Assembly (NCBI GenBank): GCA_027859235.1
Contig: JAQIBE010000103.1
Coordinates: 4,321 to 68,320 of the forward strand
DNA: 64,000 bases
Origin: Desulfobulbaceae bacterium
GTDB lineage: Bacteria; Desulfobacterota; Desulfobulbia; Desulfobulbales; SURF-16
Direction of reading: 5' to 3'
The notes beneath the pieces were generated by a model, which worked only from the letters and a program-made list of their open reading frames with translations, was not told where the DNA came from and ran no database searches. Made by a program: the position numbers and the translations under genes. Positions within the stretch are counted from its first letter, which is position 1. Every line of letters begins with the position of its first letter. Of this stretch, positions 15,401 through 25,250 are shown piece by piece.

Positions 15401-16189
15401 CTAACCTCTGAAGGACTGCCAGGCGCGATGCACTATAGCAAGGGACTTGGCCAAGGCATCAGCCTTATATAATTCAAGGGTGACGACTTTGCCATAGCTA
15501 TGATCCACCATATCCTGCGCCAGTCGCTGTAAAAACGGGATGTCTTCTAGGCAAAGGGGCTGATGATCCCGTTCGTGGGTCACGCCGTGCAGATGCACGT
15601 GATTCACCCCATGGGTGGAAAACCAGTTTTCAGCAGAAAACTGGTGATGGTGAAGATGGCCAAAATCAACACAGACACCCAGGCCGCACTGCTGCACAAC
15701 ATCAGCAATCAGTCCAAAATCATAGTCAACATTCTCAACACAGAGTGTATCCCACGTCGAGCCAAGGCGACCCTGCAACGCCAACAATGATTCAAGGCAG
15801 AGGGTGCACCACTGCTCATCATCCAGATGGGTTTCACGGTTCAGATGCAGGTCATAGGCCTGAGGCTCAAGGGTATGACACTGTTCAACAATGCGGCAGA
15901 TCTCATCCATTCCTCTCTGGCGAATAGTGGCGTCAGGGCTGCCGAGCTGCAAATCTAAAGGCAGATGGACGGTGTAACTATGACCATGCTCCCCAGCCAG
16001 CCGTGCGAGGTGCTCCACATCAACAGCATGAGGTAACTGCGCCTTCCAGGAAGATTCAAAAAACAAGAGCTGAATATCATCCACCATTCCGGCCAGAAAC
16101 TGGACATTCTCCTCCACCGATGCCGGAATGACAAAAGAGGTGGCGCCAAGCTTCCACGGATATTTTTGTCTGCAAGGTAACACCGTCAC
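15401..16189 (-). CDS. Xylose-isomerase-like TIM-barrel (AP endonuclease 2 superfamily) protein, possibly the cobamide-remodelling phosphodiesterase CbiR
   Basis: The KLGATSFVIPASVEENVQFLAGMVDDIQLLFFES pattern plus His-rich metal-site residues. It sits in an operon with cobT and cobS. The CbiR assignment comes from context and memory of the family, not from a search. Confidence 0.55.
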   Translation of the reverse strand: MTVLPCRQKYPWKLGATSFVIPASVEENVQFLAGMVDDIQLLFFESSWKAQLPHAVDVEHLARLAGEHGHSYTVHLPLDLQLGSPDATIRQRGMDEICRIVEQCHTLEPQAYDLHLNRETHLDDEQWCTLCLESLLALQGRLGSTWDTLCVENVDYDFGLIADVVQQCGLGVCVDFGHLHHHQFSAENWFSTHGVNHVHLHGVTHERDHQPLCLEDIPFLQRLAQDMVDHSYGKVVTLELYKADALAKSLAIVHRAWQSFRG

Positions 16190-16965
16190 AAACTCACCAT
16201 TTTCCCGGGCCGGTCCTGGCAGCCGAGTGAAATTTCCGGTAAAGGGAAACCATTTTTCAGCGTGGCAAGATATCCCGTCACCGTTTCCAGGGCCAGCTCA
16301 GGCGTATTATTGGTGTCACTCAAATGGGCCAGCACGATATGGAGCAGATCAACATGGAGCAGATCACCAAGGAACTGGGCCGCATCCGCATTGGCAAGAT
16401 GCCCTTCCCGTGAACGCACCCGTTGCTGGAGGTGCAGAGGATAGGGGCCGTCAGTGAGCATTTGCGGATCATGATTACATTCAAGAATAAGCCCATGGCA
16501 TCCACCAAGACGATGGAGCAGGAGCCGGCTGACCATGCCTGTATCCGTGCAATACCCGAGTCGCCGCTCCCCGGACTCCACCACGAACCCAACCGGATCC
16601 GCCGTATCATGGGAGACGGAAAAGGGGTGGAGACGAAATGGGCCGACAGAAAACAGACCGCCGGTCACGAAATGGTGGAGAGACTCGACAACTCCGAGAC
16701 GTTTCGCTCCAGCCTGCGCCGTACCCTCGTTCAGATAGACCGGAATCCCATATTTCCGGGCCAGAATGCCCGCCCCGTGGATATGGTCGTGGTGTTCATG
16801 GGTGACAACGATGCCGACTAAGCGATCCATGCTTCCGCCAGCCAGGGCCAGACGCCGGCTCAGCTCTTTACCGGAGAAGCCGGCGTCAATGAGAAGCCCT
16901 GCACCGTCATGCTCTATATAGGTGGCATTGCCCTTACTGCCGCTTCCAAGTACACAAAATTTCAT
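16186..16965 (-). CDS. MBL-fold metallo-hydrolase
   Basis: Contains THEHHDHIHG (HxHxDH). I prefer the start MKFCVLGSGSKGNATYI (ATG at 16965). The stop overlaps the next gene as ATGA. Confidence 0.8.
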   Translation of the reverse strand: MKFCVLGSGSKGNATYIEHDGAGLLIDAGFSGKELSRRLALAGGSMDRLVGIVVTHEHHDHIHGAGILARKYGIPVYLNEGTAQAGAKRLGVVESLHHFVTGGLFSVGPFRLHPFSVSHDTADPVGFVVESGERRLGYCTDTGMVSRLLLHRLGGCHGLILECNHDPQMLTDGPYPLHLQQRVRSREGHLANADAAQFLGDLLHVDLLHIVLAHLSDTNNTPELALETVTGYLATLKNGFPLPEISLGCQDRPGKMVSL

Positions 16966-17306
16966 CGTATCAACAAAGCATACATTCCCTGCCCCCACAA
17001 CACAAAAGGACCCCTTGCAGCGCCTTTTTCTTCTATCTGTATCGTCTGACCGTAAACCCCTTGTCCGGGTCAGACCATGAACCCCGTGCTCTTTCTTGCC
17101 TTTTTTTTACGGCCAGCGCTGGTGTTCCAGCAGAGTGACTCAATAGTCGACCCGGGGGTATAAGGCAAACCCGACATACATATAGCTGGCCTGATGACAA
17201 TAAAACAGGTATTATTGATGTCCGAATAGATAAGACCTTCCGGTCCACTTCCGTGGGCAGCTTAAAATAACCCCGTCATTCAGTCCCAACTTCCAGGAGA
17301 GACATT

Positions 17307-17963
17307 GTGAAAATTCTCGGCGTATCAGGATCCCCTATACCAGACAGCAATACAGATCGTGCCCTTAAGCGTGTCCTGCAAGCCACCGGTGCCGCAAAAA
17401 CTGAATTTATCAAACTCAGCGACCATACCATTGCCCCATGCATGGCCTGCCTGAAATGTATTGAGACCAATCGCTGTATCATCAATGATGACGGCAACAA
17501 ACTTGCTGAAAAGGCATATAAGGCCGACGCCTTAATCATAGCGGGGTTCACACCCTATTCATCCATTGATTCCCGGACAAAGACCTTTATTGAACGGTTG
17601 TACCCGTTGCGCCATCGCCATGGCCTCATGCAGGGCAAGGTAGGTGCCGGCATTATCACCTGCGCCATTCCGCCGGAGAATACAGAACTGCCCCCTGCCT
17701 GTGATAACGGCATGCAGGCCATTCAAAACTACATGCTGGAGGAAGGCATGGACTTTGTCGGCGGCATCACCCTGCGCGGCAATGTCCCCTGTGTCCGCTG
17801 CGGAGATAACGGTCAATGCCCGATGTCCGGGTTGAAGATGATCCATGGGCCAGGGGCCACCATTGCCGAGATCGGGATTGCCAATTTTGCAGATGACCCG
17901 GCAAAACTGCAGGAGCTTGATGAGTTAGGCCAAAACATTGCCAAACGGGTGATGGGAGGCTGA
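17307..17963 (+). CDS. Flavodoxin-like fold NAD(P)H-dependent FMN reductase / iron-sulfur flavoprotein family
   Basis: MKILGVSGSPIPDSNTDRAL...CMACLKCIETNRCIINDD...ADALIIAGFTPY matches the Isf/FMN-reductase-like pattern. GTG start with a GGAGAG RBS. Confidence 0.6.
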   Translation: MKILGVSGSPIPDSNTDRALKRVLQATGAAKTEFIKLSDHTIAPCMACLKCIETNRCIINDDGNKLAEKAYKADALIIAGFTPYSSIDSRTKTFIERLYPLRHRHGLMQGKVGAGIITCAIPPENTELPPACDNGMQAIQNYMLEEGMDFVGGITLRGNVPCVRCGDNGQCPMSGLKMIHGPGATIAEIGIANFADDPAKLQELDELGQNIAKRVMGG

Positions 17964-17968
17964 AACGA

Positions 17969-18064
17969 GTGAGGTGTAAGGCGTAAGGTGTGAGGGAAAG
18001 AAACACACCTGCCCCCTCACGTTTAACACCTCACACACCTCACGCCTTACCCCTTACACCTCAC
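17969..18064. terminator. Long imperfect hairpin built from GTGAGG/GTAAGG-type short repeats. It fills the whole convergent intergenic gap and is a probable bidirectional terminator.
   Basis: GTGAGGTGTAAGG (17969-17981) is the perfect complement of CCTTACACCTCAC (18052-18064). The inner arms, CGTAAGGTGTGAGGG and CCCTCACG..CACCTCACGCCTTACC, pair imperfectly. Confidence 0.5.
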
Positions 18065-18066
18065 GC

Positions 18067-18522
18067 CTAAACCCCTGTATGCCCGAAACCGCCGCTGCCC
18101 CGGGCAGTATCATCCAGTTCCGCAACAATCTCCACCCTGGCATGGCATACCGGAGCCACCACCAGCTGGGCAATACGGTCACCCCGGTGAATGGTGAAGG
18201 CGACCTTCCCTACATTAATAAGACCCACCTTCACCTCACCCCGGTAATCCGCATCAATGGTGCCGGGGGCATTCACCACCGTAATCCCATGCTTGATGGC
18301 AAGACCTGAACGGGGGCGAACCTGTACCTCGTGTCCAGCCTCTATCCCCATAGCGATATTGGTCTCCACCATGACAATCTCACCCGGTTCAACCACAAGA
18401 TCCGCCAGCACCGCCGCCTGGATATCCATGCCTGCAGCATGTTCTGATTGATATTCAGGCATGGACAGCCCCTCACATTTCTCACTATCACACCATTTTA
18501 ACTGCACCGTACATTGAGACAT
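18067..18522 (-). CDS. dut: dUTP diphosphatase
   Basis: Contains the [23 protein letters not shown] and GSGGFGHTG motifs. Confidence 0.9.
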   Translation of the reverse strand: MSQCTVQLKWCDSEKCEGLSMPEYQSEHAAGMDIQAAVLADLVVEPGEIVMVETNIAMGIEAGHEVQVRPRSGLAIKHGITVVNAPGTIDADYRGEVKVGLINVGKVAFTIHRGDRIAQLVVAPVCHARVEIVAELDDTARGSGGFGHTGV

Positions 18523-18680
18523 AGATTCTCCATCTGTAATTTTCCTAATGCTATCCGGGACGTTGCAAAAATCAAAGCATAGGCAAGGATGAGGGGTGGA
18601 ACATATGGGGGTAAGGGGCGTAAGCCTCTTACCCTTTTCCAGTTACATCCCGCCTCCTTATGCCTTTCCCATAAGACGTG

Positions 18681-19931
18681 TCAAACCCAATCCACATCTC
18701 CCGGTTGCACATCACCCATGATAAGACCGCCCATGGGCGGATCAAAGAGTTCCTTCGCCAAGGCAGCCACTTCATCACGAGTCACAAGGGACACCGCCTT
18801 TGCCACCTCATCAAGGGGAATATCCCGGCCAAAACAAAACTCATTCCTGGCATTACGCGCCATTCTGGCCTCAAGATTTTCTCCCGCTAAAAAGATACTC
18901 GCCTGGGCATGATCGAGGGTGTGCTGGAATTCTTCTTCACTGATATTATCAGCGCTGGAAATGGATTGTACCTGTCCGGCAATAATATCAAGGGTCTCAT
19001 TCACCGTTTCCGGTGATACACCTGCAGAAACACCAACGTAGCCACAGTCAAGATAGGACTCAACAAAGGTAGAGATGGAATAGGCCAGACCGCGTTTTTC
19101 ACGCACCTCCTGAAAGAGACGTGAACTCATATTTCCGCCCAACAGGGTATTCATCAAAACAAGAGCGAAACGTTTGTCACTGGTTATATTGATGCCCTTG
19201 GCGCCAAGGAGGAGATGAACCTGCTCAAGCTCCCTATGGACAACACTTTTGCGTAGGAAACTTTCTGCGGGAGGTTGAGTGCGCTGAAACGGGGATGTTG
19301 AGCGCTTAAACCCGGCGAAAAGTGGCTCCATCATCCCGCAGAACTGCTCATGATCCACCTGACCTGCACAACTAATCACCACGTTTTCAGGATGATACAG
19401 GGTCTGCATATGGTTAAACAGCTTTTCACTGGTCATCCCGGCAATAACATCGGCATTACCGAGAACCGTTTGGGCCAAGGCATGATCTCCCCAAAATTCC
19501 TGTTCAAATTTCTCATGCGCCTGCTCTTCAGGGATATCCTCAACCATGGCTATTTCCTGGAGGATGACCTGGGCCTCCCGGGTCACCTCATCCTGATCAA
19601 AAACAGAACCGGTGAACATATCAGCCAGGAGACCGGAAAGATCCGTCAGCTTATCGGCTGGAACCGTGGCATAGAGGCAGGTGGTATCCTTGGCGGTAAA
19701 GGCGTTGGACATACCGCCAAAACGATCCAGATCCATGGAAATTTGTCGGGCATTTTTCTGGGCGGTGCCCTTAAAAAACATATGTTCAAGGAAATGGGAG
19801 GTGCCGTTATCAATCTCTGTCTCATCACGGCTGCCAACATCAACCCATACCCCAAAGGCGGCAGTGCGGGCATGGGGAATAAACTCGGTGACAAGCCTGA
19901 GGCCTGTGTCGAGTGTTGTTTTTTTTAGCAT
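18681..19931 (-). CDS. M16 family (pitrilysin-like) zinc peptidase
   Basis: Inverted zinc motif HFLEHMFFKGT (HxxEH) near the N-terminus. The length and position upstream of pnp are typical. Confidence 0.85.
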   Translation of the reverse strand: MLKKTTLDTGLRLVTEFIPHARTAAFGVWVDVGSRDETEIDNGTSHFLEHMFFKGTAQKNARQISMDLDRFGGMSNAFTAKDTTCLYATVPADKLTDLSGLLADMFTGSVFDQDEVTREAQVILQEIAMVEDIPEEQAHEKFEQEFWGDHALAQTVLGNADVIAGMTSEKLFNHMQTLYHPENVVISCAGQVDHEQFCGMMEPLFAGFKRSTSPFQRTQPPAESFLRKSVVHRELEQVHLLLGAKGINITSDKRFALVLMNTLLGGNMSSRLFQEVREKRGLAYSISTFVESYLDCGYVGVSAGVSPETVNETLDIIAGQVQSISSADNISEEEFQHTLDHAQASIFLAGENLEARMARNARNEFCFGRDIPLDEVAKAVSLVTRDEVAALAKELFDPPMGGLIMGDVQPGDVDWV

Positions 19932-19976
19932 TAATCAACCTGTATACAAATTTAAACCATAGTGTTTAGCGAAATG

Positions 19977-20017
19977 AAAAAAGGGGCAGAAAGCCTCTGG
20001 CTCCCTACCCCTTTTTT
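19977..20017 (-). terminator. Rho-independent terminator downstream of pnp (A-run/T-run flanked, so potentially bidirectional)
   Basis: AAAAAAGGGGCAGAAAGCC tct GGCTCCCTACCCCTTTTTT. About 10 of 13 stem positions pair. Confidence 0.6.
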
Positions 20018-20041
20018 AACTAAATAAAAACCCGTGCTGCA

Positions 20042-22129
20042 TTAATCATCAGCAAGAACAGCCTTACGGCTCAGGCGAATCTTACCACGCTGATCAACGG
20101 CCAAGACCTTCACTTCAATCTCTTCACCAACCTTAAGAATGTCCGTCACCTTCTCAACCCGACCCTCTGCAAGCTCAGAAATATGCACAAGTCCATCGGT
20201 ACCGGGAAGAATCTCAACAAAGGCACCAAAATCAACAATGGTCTTAACCACGCCTTTGTAAATCCGGCCAACTTCAGCCTCAGAAGTGACTTCGTCGATG
20301 CGGGCCTTAGCAGCCGCAGCAACAATACCGTCAGGAGCAAAGAGCTTCACGACACCCTCGTCATCGACATCAATCTTAACGTCAAATTCAGCGGAGATAC
20401 CGCGAATCATCTTACCGCCAGGGCCAATGAGGTCACGGATCTTGTCCGGGTTGATCTGAATAGACATGATCTTTGGCGCGTGATCAGGCAAATCAGCCTT
20501 AGATTGGGAAATGGTTTTCGCCATCTCGCCAAGGATATGATCAATACCAGCTCTGGCCTGGCTCAGGGCATCCTTCATGATCTCACGGCTCACGCCTTCA
20601 ATCTTGATATCCATCTGCAGGGCAGAGATACCTTCAGCAGTACCACAGACCTTAAAGTCCATATCGCCAAGATGATCTTCATCACCAAGGATATCGGTGA
20701 GGATAACAATGTTATCCCCTTCCTTGATCAGACCCATGGCAACGCCGGAGACAGGTGCCTTCAAAGGTACACCGGCATCCATCATGGACATGGAACCACC
20801 ACAGACCGAGGCCATGGAGGAGGAACCATTTGATTCCAGAATATCGGAAACGATACGGATGGTGTAGGGGAACTCCTCTTCATTTGGCAGAACGGCCTGG
20901 AGGGCACGAGAGGCCAGGGCACCATGACCAATATCCCGACGACTCGGTCCACGCATGAAACGAGCTTCACCAACACAAAATGGCGGAAAGTTATAATGGA
21001 GCATGAACTTACGAAAGCCCATGCCTTGCAGGGTTTCAATCCGCTGCTCATCAGATCCGCTGCCAAGGGTAGTGGTGACCATGGATTGAGTTTCACCACG
21101 GGTGAACAGGGCAGAGCCATGCACGCGGGGCAGAACAGAAATCTCGGTATCAATGTTACGGACTTCATCAAACTTACGGCCGCCAATACGGAGACCATCT
21201 TCAACAATGGCAGCACGCATCATGTCTTTCTTCATGCCGTAGAGAAATTCCGAAACATCCTTGCGATTCACATCGGCATCTGCTTCAACCATTTTGGCGA
21301 CAACATCCGCCTTCAATGCAGAAAAGGCATTACCACGCTCCATCTTATCCGCAGTATTGATGACCGTTATCATCTCATCTTTGGCGAGAGCAATGACCTT
21401 GGCCTTCAGGGTTTCATCAACCACAGGAGGCTCAACAAGCATCTTCGGTTTGCCAAGTTCAGCAATCAACTCTTCCTGAACCGCAATAATGTTCTGAATG
21501 GCCTCATGACCAAAATAGATCGCATCAAGAACCACATCTTCAGCAACCAGATCAGCGCCACCTTCAACCATAACCACGGCGGCCTTGGTGCCGGCGACAA
21601 TAATATCGAGGGAGGAATTGGCCTGCTCTGAAGTCTTTGGATTAATAACATAGGCGCCATCAATCATACCAACACGAACACCGGCGATCGGGCCGTTGAA
21701 TGGGATATGAGAAAGGCACGTTGCCGCAGAGGCACCAATGAGGGCCAGCAGATCTGATTCATTTTCTTTATCAGCAGAAAGTACGGTGGCAATGATTTGT
21801 GTCTCACACCCATACCCATCGGCAAAGAGTGGACGCATGGGGCGGTCGATGAGCCGACAGGTCAATGTTTCTTTTTCAGTCGGACGACCAATCTCACGGC
21901 GGAAGAAGCTTCCAGGTATTTTACCAACCGCGTAAAAACGTTCTTGATACTCAACCGTAAGCGGCAGGAAATCAATATCAGCACGAGCTTCCTTGGCACC
22001 AACCACAGTAACCAGCACAACTGTCTCACCATAGGTTACAACGACGGAACCGGAGGCCTGCTTCGCCATCTTACCGGATTCAATAGTCAGCGTGCGACCA
22101 CCAACTTCAACTTCTACTTTTTTATACAT
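20042..22129 (-). CDS. pnp: Polyribonucleotide nucleotidyltransferase (PNPase)
   Basis: Two RNase PH-like domains plus KH and S1 ([33 protein letters not shown]). I prefer the ATG at 22129 (MYKKVEVE), which has a GAGGAA RBS. Confidence 0.95.
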   Translation of the reverse strand: MYKKVEVEVGGRTLTIESGKMAKQASGSVVVTYGETVVLVTVVGAKEARADIDFLPLTVEYQERFYAVGKIPGSFFRREIGRPTEKETLTCRLIDRPMRPLFADGYGCETQIIATVLSADKENESDLLALIGASAATCLSHIPFNGPIAGVRVGMIDGAYVINPKTSEQANSSLDIIVAGTKAAVVMVEGGADLVAEDVVLDAIYFGHEAIQNIIAVQEELIAELGKPKMLVEPPVVDETLKAKVIALAKDEMITVINTADKMERGNAFSALKADVVAKMVEADADVNRKDVSEFLYGMKKDMMRAAIVEDGLRIGGRKFDEVRNIDTEISVLPRVHGSALFTRGETQSMVTTTLGSGSDEQRIETLQGMGFRKFMLHYNFPPFCVGEARFMRGPSRRDIGHGALASRALQAVLPNEEEFPYTIRIVSDILESNGSSSMASVCGGSMSMMDAGVPLKAPVSGVAMGLIKEGDNIVILTDILGDEDHLGDMDFKVCGTAEGISALQMDIKIEGVSREIMKDALSQARAGIDHILGEMAKTISQSKADLPDHAPKIMSIQINPDKIRDLIGPGGKMIRGISAEFDVKIDVDDEGVVKLFAPDGIVAAAAKARIDEVTSEAEVGRIYKGVVKTIVDFGAFVEILPGTDGLVHISELAEGRVEKVTDILKVGEEIEVKVLAVDQRGKIRLSRKAVLADD

Positions 22130-22196
22130 AATTTCCTCTATGCCCATATCGGGCAAAAAATTGAGTCAGCGCAAGTTAAGAATATGCACACAGCGC

Positions 22197-22231
22197 CCAC
22201 GGCAGCAGATGATGTTCATCTGCTGCCGTGG
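22197..22231 (-). promoter_or_regulatory. Perfect 16-bp stem hairpin in the rpsO-pnp intergenic leader
   Basis: CCACGGCAGCAGATGA tgt TCATCTGCTGCCGTGG, read directly. Its position corresponds to the RNase III-processed pnp leader known from E. coli. Confidence 0.5.
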
Positions 22232-22312
22232 ATTCTGTGAACAGGAAGCACACTGACAAAAAAAACAAGGTATCTTCAAATAAATCCTTTCAGACTTTGT
22301 TGAAGATACCTC

Positions 22313-22341
22313 ATTAATAAAGAGCCGACACCAGTCGGCTC
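22313..22341 (-). terminator. Rho-independent terminator after rpsO
   Basis: On the minus strand: GAGCCGAC tggt GTCGGCTC, followed by TTTATTAAT. Confidence 0.65.
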
Positions 22342-22374
22342 TCGGAACAAACAATCGGCTTCGCCTGGATACGG

Positions 22375-22653
22375 TTACTTACGAATTCCAAGATCGACGA
22401 TTAAATCACGATAGGTCTTAACATCTTTAGATTTAATATAGTTCAGCAGACGACGACGCTGACCAACAAGCTTAAGCAGGCCGCGACGGGAATGATGATC
22501 TTTCTTATGGGTTTTAAAATGTTCGGTAAGATAGATAATACGAGCAGTGAGCAGCGCAACCTGAACCGAAGGGGATCCTGAATCGGTTGGAGTCTTGCCG
22601 TATTTTGCGATAATTTCCTGTTTTTGAGCTGGTTCCATGGTCATGATAGTCAT
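22375..22653 (-). CDS. rpsO: 30S ribosomal protein S15
   Basis: Contains [47 protein letters not shown]. The true start is probably one of the internal Met codons 3-5 residues in. Confidence 0.9.
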   Translation of the reverse strand: MTIMTMEPAQKQEIIAKYGKTPTDSGSPSVQVALLTARIIYLTEHFKTHKKDHHSRRGLLKLVGQRRRLLNYIKSKDVKTYRDLIVDLGIRK

Positions 22654-22945
22654 CCTTTACATAGTTACTGCAGGTGACGACAAATCACGGGACCGAACCA
22701 CAAGAAAACCGAAACAGCTTCGATTCAAACAGTCGGCCACATGGTGATTATAGGATCATCCTGTAGCTAAAGTTTTTAAATATGAAAGCAGAACACTTCC
22801 TGCAGATGTAACGAACAGAGAAATTTACGTTATTTTTAGTGATGGGTCAACAGTTTTTTTCTTTAGAAGGTGAGATGCTTGGGCTAAATGAGTTCGAACT
22901 TCCTGAAGTCATTCTCTTTTGCCTCGTAACCTGCAGACTAAAAAA

Positions 22946-23689
22946 CTAACCCCCTAAAAGCGACTCAGCCAGGACAGCGTCAATATCCTGCAATCCTGCC
23001 AGAAGCAGTTCTTTCGCCTTTTCACTGTCAGCAAGCAGAGACCCGTCAATGGCGTTATCGACATGGAGGATGCCGGAGCGAGTGCGCCGCAACCCGTATA
23101 AATAAGCACCGCAGCCAAGCTTGCGGCCAATATCCTCCGCCAGGGTGCGAATATAGGTACCCTTAGCGCACACCACTCGCACGGTGACAAGATCATCTTG
23201 TTTTTTTAATAATTCCAATTCCCGGATAAAAATGATGCGCGGCTCTTTCTCTATCACTACGCCCTTGCGCGCATAATGGTACAGGGGTTTACCCTTATGC
23301 TTGACAGCTGAATACTGGGGGGGGATTTGCGATTGCTCACCCAGAAAACCGGGGAGACAGGCAAGAATAACATCCTCATCTATATGTTCCGTGGAACCTA
23401 TTACGGTAAGCTCCCCTTCGCTGTCAAGGGTGGTGGATTCTTTACCCAGACAAAGTGTACCAATGTACTCTTTTTCACCCACCATGATCTTATCAATATG
23501 TTTGGTGGCTCCACGACTCACACAAACCACAAGCAGACCCGAGGCCAAAGGGTCAAGAGTTCCGGCATGACCAACTTTTTTTATGGAAAGTGCCCGGCGA
23601 ACCTGCTGAACAATACGAAAAGAGGTAGGTCCTACAGGCTTGTCAATAAGAAGAACACCGGTAAGGGGTGGTACATCCTGATTCATCAT
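22946..23689 (-). CDS. truB: tRNA pseudouridine(55) synthase
   Basis: Contains GVLLIDKPVGPTSFRIV and KKVGHAGTLDPLASGLLVV (catalytic Asp motif). Confidence 0.9.
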   Translation of the reverse strand: MMNQDVPPLTGVLLIDKPVGPTSFRIVQQVRRALSIKKVGHAGTLDPLASGLLVVCVSRGATKHIDKIMVGEKEYIGTLCLGKESTTLDSEGELTVIGSTEHIDEDVILACLPGFLGEQSQIPPQYSAVKHKGKPLYHYARKGVVIEKEPRIIFIRELELLKKQDDLVTVRVVCAKGTYIRTLAEDIGRKLGCGAYLYGLRRTRSGILHVDNAIDGSLLADSEKAKELLLAGLQDIDAVLAESLLGG

Positions 23690-24655
23690 TTAAACCAGGG
23701 GAGTGAGTTCAGCAAGGAGGCGCTTCTGCAACTCCTCAATGGTAACATCAGGCATCTTGAATCCAGCCGCATTGATATGTCCACCGCCACCAAAACTGCG
23801 CGCTACCTTAGCCACATCAACCTCACCCTTGGCCCGCATGGATACGCCAACCAGATTATCACTGGTCTCCTTTAAGAAGACTACCACTTTTACCGTTTTC
23901 AGCGAACGTGGGAAATTAATGAAGAGTTCGGTATCAGCGCCCGTAGTTCCGGTCGCCTTGAGCAGGGCCTGACTGACCTGAATAATGGCAATTTTATCAT
24001 CGGCATATAACTGCAAAGAGGCCAGAACCTGCTGAAGAAGCTGCAGACGCTTCTTGGTGTAATTATCGTAAATATGGCCACAAATTTCTGTAGTGTTGAT
24101 ACCATACTCCATAAGATCGGCAGCGACCCGCATGGTGTGCGGTGTTGTGGATTCATAGCGAAACGAACCGGTATCAGTCAAAATTGCGGTATAGAGACAA
24201 CAGGCACAATCCTTAGAGATCGGCCCGCCAAGTAAGCGCACCAGATCATAGACCATTTCACCTGTTGACGATCGGCTATGATCAACCCAGCGCAGATCAC
24301 CGAAGTCCTGATGTCCGGCATGGTGGTCAATAACAATGAAAGGCTGATGCTCAACAAGTGTTTTGGCATGAGTTCCCATACGCCGCATATCACCGCAATC
24401 CAGCGCAACAGCACAATCAAAATCATATGCATCGGGCAGAGAGGTAATAAATTTATCACTGCAGGGAAGAAAATCAAGGCCATGGGCAACAGGCTCTTCT
24501 GAGTACAAATAAACCTCCTTACCCATGGCCTCAAGCACATGACCGAGACCGAGCTGAGAACCGAGGGCATCACCATCAGGAAAAACATGGGTCACCAGCA
24601 ATACTTTCTGCGCCTGGACGAGAAGATCAACGATTTCATCTGCAGGATTGGACAT
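23690..24655 (-). CDS. nrnA: DHH-family bifunctional oligoribonuclease / pAp phosphatase NrnA
   Basis: Contains DGDALGS, the DHH motif (VIDHHAGH), and the DHHA1 motif GGGGHINAAG. Confidence 0.8.
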   Translation of the reverse strand: MSNPADEIVDLLVQAQKVLLVTHVFPDGDALGSQLGLGHVLEAMGKEVYLYSEEPVAHGLDFLPCSDKFITSLPDAYDFDCAVALDCGDMRRMGTHAKTLVEHQPFIVIDHHAGHQDFGDLRWVDHSRSSTGEMVYDLVRLLGGPISKDCACCLYTAILTDTGSFRYESTTPHTMRVAADLMEYGINTTEICGHIYDNYTKKRLQLLQQVLASLQLYADDKIAIIQVSQALLKATGTTGADTELFINFPRSLKTVKVVVFLKETSDNLVGVSMRAKGEVDVAKVARSFGGGGHINAAGFKMPDVTIEELQKRLLAELTPLV

Positions 24656-24659
24656 TATT

Positions 24660-25037
24660 TCACTCCTTACCGCTTAAAAGTTCGTTGAGACGATCCACCT
24701 CATCCAGAGTTGAATCATAGGCAAACATAAGCTCCGGGGCGTAGCGTAACTGTAGATGTTTAGCCAGATGACTGCGAATATAACCAGTAGCTGAACGCAA
24801 CCCTTCCCCTGCCGCCTCTTTATTCTCAGGGGAACAGGTATAATACAGCCTGGCCGTACGGAGGTCATCACTGACATGGGCGCGAACCAGGGTTACATTT
24901 TGCACCCGTGGATCTTTCATCTCCATAAGCAGGAGCATTGCCACCTCATTACGGATCATATCCGCAACACGGGCTGGTCGCCGTTTCGGCTCTTTAGCCA
25001 GTCCTTCCGGTAATTGAAAACGTGATTTTTTCCCCAT
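24660..25037 (-). CDS. rbfA: Ribosome-binding factor A
   Basis: The pattern RVADMIRNEVAMLLLMEMKDPRV...VTLVRAHVSDDLRTARLYY. I prefer the ATG at 25037. Its position between infB and truB is conserved. Confidence 0.85.
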   Translation of the reverse strand: MGKKSRFQLPEGLAKEPKRRPARVADMIRNEVAMLLLMEMKDPRVQNVTLVRAHVSDDLRTARLYYTCSPENKEAAGEGLRSATGYIRSHLAKHLQLRYAPELMFAYDSTLDEVDRLNELLSGKE

Positions 25038-25250
25038 AACCCTACACCTGCCTATCTTCAAAGTGTGAACCTGTACATCCATTTTAAATGATATTTCAGA
25101 TCTAAAATAAAATCAAGCGCATGAAGAAGGAATCTTCATGCGCTTGATTTTTAGGCTATTCCACTGAAGGTCTTGAGGATCAATGCAACCGACCCCTTAG
25201 ATAATTAAGCCAACGAAGCAGAACAGATCCGCCCCAACAGCCTAGAACCC

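Noticed and set aside
16999-17306. Possible cobalamin riboswitch upstream of the MBL-CbiR-cobT-cobS operon
   Set aside because: I read both strands looking for the B12-box (AGYCAGGAnACCTGCC-like) and the GCCACTG/GGGAAGGC core and did not find them. Only generic hairpins are present. An Infernal scan with RF00174 would settle it.
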